Below, piece after piece: positions 57,298 to 62,202 of a stretch of DNA of 62,202 bases (the first letter of the stretch is position 1; the number at the start of each line of letters is the position of its first letter). The notes below the pieces were generated by a model. The model saw only the letters and a program-made list of their open reading frames with translations. It was not told the DNA's origin and did not search any database. The stretch spans positions 1 through 62,202 of the forward strand of contig JAGXKX010000003.1 in NCBI GenBank assembly GCA_018335015.1. The letters run 5' to 3'. Origin of the DNA: Candidatus Bipolaricaulota bacterium (GTDB lineage Bacteria > Bipolaricaulota > Bipolaricaulia > M55B111). Position numbers and translations under genes: made by a program.

Positions 57298-58566
57298 ATG
57301 AATTGGAACAAGTTTTCAAAATGGTTCTATCCCGGAGTGAGGATAAAACGCTGGGGGGTTCTTGGGGTCTTATCCGGCCTGATGGTTGGTTTTTCGCTGA
57401 TTTTGCTAATTGGCGGGAAGAAGGTCGGCGCGCTTTACGATCTACTTTCTTCAAACCCCATCTATTACTATTTGGCCGCAGCGGTCGCTCTTTTAGGAGG
57501 GGTCCTCGGCTTGATATGGGCGGTGAGTCGACTTGCCTTATCCGTAACCGACCCCCTGGATTTCCCGGATAGGCCTCCCTCAGATCTCATTCTGAGGAAT
57601 AGATTACTGAACCGGGGGCCGAAAGTCGTGACGATTGGTGGTGGCACCGGCCTCTCTGTCCTTTTGAGGGGGCTAAAACAATATACCTCAAATATAACCG
57701 CCGTTGTGACTGTTATGGACGACGGCGGCAGTTCTGGCAGGTTGAGACGCGAAATGGACATGCTTCCTCCGGGGGATATCAGAAACTGTCTCATTGCTCT
57801 TGCTGACGACGAGTCTCGGATGAGTAAGATATTTCAGCATAGATTTGAAAACGGGTCCGAACTGGGAGGGCATTCCCTCGGGAACCTGATAATTGCCGGG
57901 GTTGAGCAGATGGAAGGTAGTTTTGACAGGGCTATTGAGGAGACGAGCAAACTATTGAACATAAGGGGAAGAGTAATCCCGTCGACGTTAAAAAACACGA
58001 ACCTGGTTGCCCGTCTAGAAGGAGGCGAAGTGATTTCCGGTGAGAGCAGCCTGTCCGATCACCCTAAAAAAATAGAAAGGATTCAGCTGGAAGAGGAGGC
58101 ACCGCCGTATCCACCGGCAATCGAGGAAATAAAATCTGCCGACGTTATCGTGCTTGGTCCGGGAAGTCTGTTTACTTCTCTTATTCCAAACTTATTGGTC
58201 AATCGAATTGGAGAGGCGATTGAGGAGGCTTCGGGAGACAAGTTTTACGTAACAAATATCATGACGGAGCCGGGAGAAACTGACGGTTTTTCAGCGACCG
58301 ATCACCTTGAAAAACTGGGGGCCTATTTGAAGGTCTCCGGCCTGAATTACGTGGTTGTTAACGTGGGAAAGGCAAGCGGTGAGTTGCTGGATAGGTACGC
58401 CCGGGAAGGAGCCGAGCTTGTCGAGCCGGATTTGGTCGACGATAATAAATATGGAGTCAAACCTTTGCTTGATGATCTGGTAGATACTGTTGAGCTAGAA
58501 GGAAAAAGGACGGTCAAGCACGATCACGAACGGCTGGCAAAGCTGATTCTGTCCTCGCTTGACTGA
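57298..58566 (+). CDS. yvcK: YvcK/CofD-family (UPF0052) protein with N-terminal membrane anchor
   Basis: VTIGGGTGLSVLLRGLK, VTVMDDGGSSGRLR and PGD.RNC blocks, preceded by ~95 aa with two hydrophobic helices. Confidence 0.85.
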   Translation: MNWNKFSKWFYPGVRIKRWGVLGVLSGLMVGFSLILLIGGKKVGALYDLLSSNPIYYYLAAAVALLGGVLGLIWAVSRLALSVTDPLDFPDRPPSDLILRNRLLNRGPKVVTIGGGTGLSVLLRGLKQYTSNITAVVTVMDDGGSSGRLRREMDMLPPGDIRNCLIALADDESRMSKIFQHRFENGSELGGHSLGNLIIAGVEQMEGSFDRAIEETSKLLNIRGRVIPSTLKNTNLVARLEGGEVISGESSLSDHPKKIERIQLEEEAPPYPPAIEEIKSADVIVLGPGSLFTSLIPNLLVNRIGEAIEEASGDKFYVTNIMTEPGETDGFSATDHLEKLGAYLKVSGLNYVVVNVGKASGELLDRYAREGAELVEPDLVDDNKYGVKPLLDDLVDTVELEGKRTVKHDHERLAKLILSSLD

Positions 58567-58627
58567 CACCTTTGGTTTTTCCTACCAGGAAGATTAATTA
58601 TTTGACAATACACGGAGAGATACGGAA

Positions 58628-60457
58628 ATGAATACGGAGAAAGAAAAGTACGTTCTTGATACGAGTGTTATTGTGGATGGCAGGGTAACTGGCCTGTTAG
58701 CTGAAGAAAAGATAGACGGAGCAAAGATCATAGTACCCGAAGCAGTTGTTGCCGAGCTGGAAGCTCAGGCTTCCAAGGGAAAAGAAACAGGATACAAAGG
58801 GTTAAATGAACTGGAAAGACTCAGAGAGAGATGTGAAAAGGACCGAGTCGAGCTCGAGTTTAAAGGTAAGAGGCCGGCCAGATCGGAACTTGATCTGGAG
58901 GATTCGGGTGAGATAAATGCCATGATCAGAGACCTGGCGGAGCAAGAAGGGGCAACGCTCGTTACGAGCGACAAAATTCAGGCCTCTGTAGGAGAGAGCA
59001 AGGGTATCTCGGTAATTCTTGACCAGCCTGAGGAAGAAACGGCAACGCTCAGTTTAAATAGACTGGGCTTGCTCGAATACTTTGACGACCAAACCATGTC
59101 CGTTCACCTGAGGGCGGGTACCGTTCCAAAAGCGAAGAAAGGGACCCCGGGCAGTATGAACCTTCAACCCACGGGAGAGGAAGAGGTTAGTGCTGAGAAG
59201 CTAGAGAGATTTGCCGAAGAGATAGTGGAAGTTGCCGACACCCATCCATCAGGGTTTATCGAGATGGATTCGGGGGGAGCGTCGGTTGTTCAACTTGCAG
59301 ACCTGAGGATAGCTATTGCCAAACCACCATTCTCGGATGCCGTGGAGATTACCGCTACCAGGCCGGTCAAGAAAACTGAAATAGGGGATTATTCTTATTC
59401 GGATCTATTAGAAGAGAGGCTGAACGAATCTCACCGGGGAGTGGTTGTGTCGGGTGCACCTGGCATGGGTAAATCCACCCTCGTTCAAGCTCTGTCAGAG
59501 TTTCTTAGAACCTCCGGCTGGATAGTCAAGACTATGGAGAAACCTCGAGACCTTGATGTATCGCCCGAGATCAGTCAGTACAGGGACCTGGACGGTGAGA
59601 TGGCAAATACGGCAGAGGTTCTATTACTGACAAGGCCTGACTACACCATCTTCGACGAAATGCGGCAGACGGCCGATTTCGAGGTTTTTGCCGATCTCCG
59701 CATGTCAGGGGTCGGGCTGGTCGGTGTAGTCCATGCCACAAAGGCAATAGACTCCATACAACGGTTGATTGGCCGGGTAGAACTGGGAATGATACCGCAG
59801 ATAGTCGATACTGTAGTTCACGTCGACGGAGGAGATATCAAGCAGGTGTTTGACGTCGAGCTAACAGTTAAAACCCCGTCGGGAATGGAGCAGGGTGACC
59901 TCGCCCGACCGGTGATAGAGGTAAGGGATTTCGATAGCGGCAATCTGACCTACGAGATGTACACGTTTGGCGAGCAGGTCGTTGTAATGGGAGTGGAAGG
60001 TTCGGATGAGAAGCCCATATGGAAACTTGCCCGAAGGGAACTGGAGTACTACCTCGGCAACGAATTCAACTTTAAATTCGACCTGGAGATAAAGTCCGAC
60101 AACAGAATCGCAATATACGTGGCCGATAACCACGTTCCGGCAGTCCTCGGCAGAGGTGGAGAGAAAATCGACGCACTTGAAGACAAGTTAGGACTCAGTA
60201 TCGACGTCCGAAGTTTTCAGGAGCGCGCGTCCAAGGACGAAACATTAAAGATAAAAGAGACGGACGAATACCTGATATTGAACTTTAATTCCTCCCTTCG
60301 GGAGAAGGAAGTGGAGATATCAGTGGACGGCAGGCGGGTATTCTCCGGTGCCGTCTCCAAGCAGGGAAGGATAAAGCTGGACCGGAACTCCCCACAGGCG
60401 AATAAAATAAAGAAGGCTGAAAAAGAAGGCGCAGATATCGAAGTCCGCTCTATCTAG
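58628..60457 (+). CDS. PIN domain - P-loop ATPase - KH domain protein (COG1855-like, PilT-family ATPase)
   Basis: N-terminal PIN (YVLDTSVIVDGR...LVTSD), Walker A GAPGMGKST, Walker B-like YTIFDEMR, and C-terminal KH GxxG (LGRGGEKIDALE). Confidence 0.7.
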   Translation: MNTEKEKYVLDTSVIVDGRVTGLLAEEKIDGAKIIVPEAVVAELEAQASKGKETGYKGLNELERLRERCEKDRVELEFKGKRPARSELDLEDSGEINAMIRDLAEQEGATLVTSDKIQASVGESKGISVILDQPEEETATLSLNRLGLLEYFDDQTMSVHLRAGTVPKAKKGTPGSMNLQPTGEEEVSAEKLERFAEEIVEVADTHPSGFIEMDSGGASVVQLADLRIAIAKPPFSDAVEITATRPVKKTEIGDYSYSDLLEERLNESHRGVVVSGAPGMGKSTLVQALSEFLRTSGWIVKTMEKPRDLDVSPEISQYRDLDGEMANTAEVLLLTRPDYTIFDEMRQTADFEVFADLRMSGVGLVGVVHATKAIDSIQRLIGRVELGMIPQIVDTVVHVDGGDIKQVFDVELTVKTPSGMEQGDLARPVIEVRDFDSGNLTYEMYTFGEQVVVMGVEGSDEKPIWKLARRELEYYLGNEFNFKFDLEIKSDNRIAIYVADNHVPAVLGRGGEKIDALEDKLGLSIDVRSFQERASKDETLKIKETDEYLILNFNSSLREKEVEISVDGRRVFSGAVSKQGRIKLDRNSPQANKIKKAEKEGADIEVRSI

Positions 60458-60557
60458 GACCGGGAAGTTTTTTACCGGATCTTTGCTGAAGTAAACCAGT
60501 TAGTTCGTCCCCAAATATATCCCGGGTTCCTCAACGAGTTTTCGTGAAGGGCCGGCA

Positions 60558-62021
60558 TTAACCTTTGACGACCATTAGAGGCTTGAGTTTAGCAACCGCG
60601 GGTGTAAGTCCGCTCCGATGAGCCGAGGAAACGACACGGTCCACGTCCTTGTAGGCTCCCGGTGCTTCCTCTGCAAGACCGGGATAGGAATGAGTGCGAA
60701 CCGTTATCCCTTCTTTATTTAACCGCTTTTCGACGTCTTCTCCCCAGAACTTGGATTTCGCCTTCTTCCTGGACATCGACCTGCCCGCGCCGTGGATACC
60801 GCTACCAAACGTCTCGTTCATTGACTTTTTGGATCCTCTGAGGATATAAGAAGACGTTCCCATCGTTCCTCCCACGAGTAACGGACCACCAACCTCTTTG
60901 TAGGCTTCGGGTAGTTCATCCCTGCCGGGGCCGAATGCCCTGGTGGAGCCTTTCCTGTGGACGAGCAGCTCTTCGTTTTTTCCCTCGAATTCGTGGCGTT
61001 CGAATTTTGCCGTATTATGTCCAACTTCGTAGACTGTTTTGATGTCGCGTGGTTTCAACCCGATTGACCGCTTGAGAGAACGTCTTGCCAGCCCTGACAG
61101 TGCCTGACGGTTGGCAAAAGCGCAGTTGATGCCGCAGCGCATTGCACTGAGGTATTTGTGACCTTCCGGACTGTCGATAGGGGCGGAGACCAGCTCCTTT
61201 TCCATGATCGGGAGGTCATATTTCTTGCTCGCTTCCTCTAGTTTTTTCAGATAGTCCTGGCCTATCTGGTGGCCCAGGGCTCTGGAACCCGTGTGAATTG
61301 ATATTACAACCTGATCCTCCGATATGCCGTAAGCTCTGGCGGCCTCCGGCTCGTATACTTCTTCGACCTTCTGAATCTCTAAATAGTGATTTCCGGAACC
61401 CAGGGTACCGATTTGTTTGAACTGTCTTTGCTTGGCTCTACGGCTTACGTGATCCGGTTTGGCTCCTTCGATCTTACCCGTTTCCTCGACGAATTCACGA
61501 TCCGACTCGAACCCGTAGCCGCGGTCTATCGAAAACTGTGCTCCTTCGGTTAGAGCGTGATTAATCTCGTTGATCGAAAGGTCAATCTCGCCTTCCGAAC
61601 CCAGTCCGGCTGGTATAGTCTCGTACAGAGCGTCAGCAATTCTTTCTTTCGATTTCTCGACTTCGTTGGTGGTTAATGGCGTTTCCATCAACCGAACGCC
61701 ACAGTTTATGTCGAATCCTACGCCACCGGCTACGGCCACGCCCTTTTCCTTTTCAAAAGCGGCAACTCCGCCTATGGGGAAACCGTAACCAGGATGAATG
61801 TCAGCCAGGCCAATTGAGGCTTTTACTATTCCTGGAAGGGAAGCAACGTTAATGACCTGGTCCAGGGCGTTCCAGTCGGCTCCCCCGCGGGCTTCGTCGA
61901 CCAGTCCCCTTGCCGTATCCTCGTCCACGAACAGGCGGCCAGAGACTCTCATATTCCCAGTTTTCGGGACTTCCCAGGTATATTCGTCGATTTTATTGAG
62001 TTCGTATTTTCTTTCATTCAT
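60558..62021 (-). CDS. rtcB: RNA-splicing ligase RtcB
   Basis: GFDINCGVR, GSGNHYLE, HTGSRALGH, HNTA and GAGR blocks; 487 aa. Confidence 0.95.
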   Translation of the reverse strand: MNERKYELNKIDEYTWEVPKTGNMRVSGRLFVDEDTARGLVDEARGGADWNALDQVINVASLPGIVKASIGLADIHPGYGFPIGGVAAFEKEKGVAVAGGVGFDINCGVRLMETPLTTNEVEKSKERIADALYETIPAGLGSEGEIDLSINEINHALTEGAQFSIDRGYGFESDREFVEETGKIEGAKPDHVSRRAKQRQFKQIGTLGSGNHYLEIQKVEEVYEPEAARAYGISEDQVVISIHTGSRALGHQIGQDYLKKLEEASKKYDLPIMEKELVSAPIDSPEGHKYLSAMRCGINCAFANRQALSGLARRSLKRSIGLKPRDIKTVYEVGHNTAKFERHEFEGKNEELLVHRKGSTRAFGPGRDELPEAYKEVGGPLLVGGTMGTSSYILRGSKKSMNETFGSGIHGAGRSMSRKKAKSKFWGEDVEKRLNKEGITVRTHSYPGLAEEAPGAYKDVDRVVSSAHRSGLTPAVAKLKPLMVVKG

Positions 62022-62202
62022 AATTTAACCCCTTTTATAGTAACTAATTCAGTAATATTTTTTTAGCATGTTACTACCGTTCGGGAAAATCCTTTTCAGT
62101 CAAAGCTGAACGTCGAGGCCGAACGGATCCGGCTCTATCCTTTAATTAACACAAAGCAGGCCGGGCCCCGTGGCCGGCCGAAAGGACATCCGGGCATACC
62201 GG

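Noticed and set aside
1-62202. CRISPR arrays, transposases or integrases, prophage or defence islands, toxin-antitoxin pairs.
   Set aside because: I found no regularly spaced direct repeats and no ORF with recombinase, transposase, Cas or typical defence motifs. Gene content is almost entirely housekeeping.

Overview
Core-genome window from a bacterium whose lineage I cannot name from sequence. By eye it is mid-GC with very acidic proteins and Cys4/Zn-ribbon forms of several ribosomal proteins. In order, it holds: a yicC 3' fragment, gmk and acpS; plsY, rpsA, plsC, cmk and ispE (minus); era, deoC, recO, hpf, a PP-loop-like hypothetical, pcrA and an FmdB Zn-ribbon gene. Then comes a 1.66-kaa rpoC with no rpoB upstream, followed by the contiguous str/S10/spc/alpha ribosomal superoperon (rpsL to rplQ, including secY-adk-map-infA-rpmJ), which lacks tuf and rpmD. 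After that: an HD hydrolase, ftsX, a motif-dead ftsE-like gene and prmC (minus); a TolB-like lipoprotein, ispD, secG, two Opp/Dpp ATPases, rdgB and fxsA; comEC (minus); prfB with the programmed +1 frameshift; two Opp/Dpp permeases plus the binding protein; an ftsA-like gene (minus); eno, ftsB, dnaE, yvcK and a PIN-ATPase-KH protein; rtcB (minus). I saw no CRISPR array, transposase, integrase, tRNA or rRNA gene. This is mostly ordinary housekeeping DNA. The items most worth a second look are: (1) a two-copy ~165-220 nt structured intergenic repeat with a 20-22 bp stem, compensatory stem changes between copies, and a loop that is reverse-complemented between copies; (2) an intact FtsE paralogue in ftsEX context that has lost every ATPase motif; (3) rpoC uncoupled from rpoB behind a 420-bp AT-rich leader; (4) an S11 lacking its conserved basic C-terminal tail; (5) a PP-loop-like protein with a degenerate SGGxDS motif.
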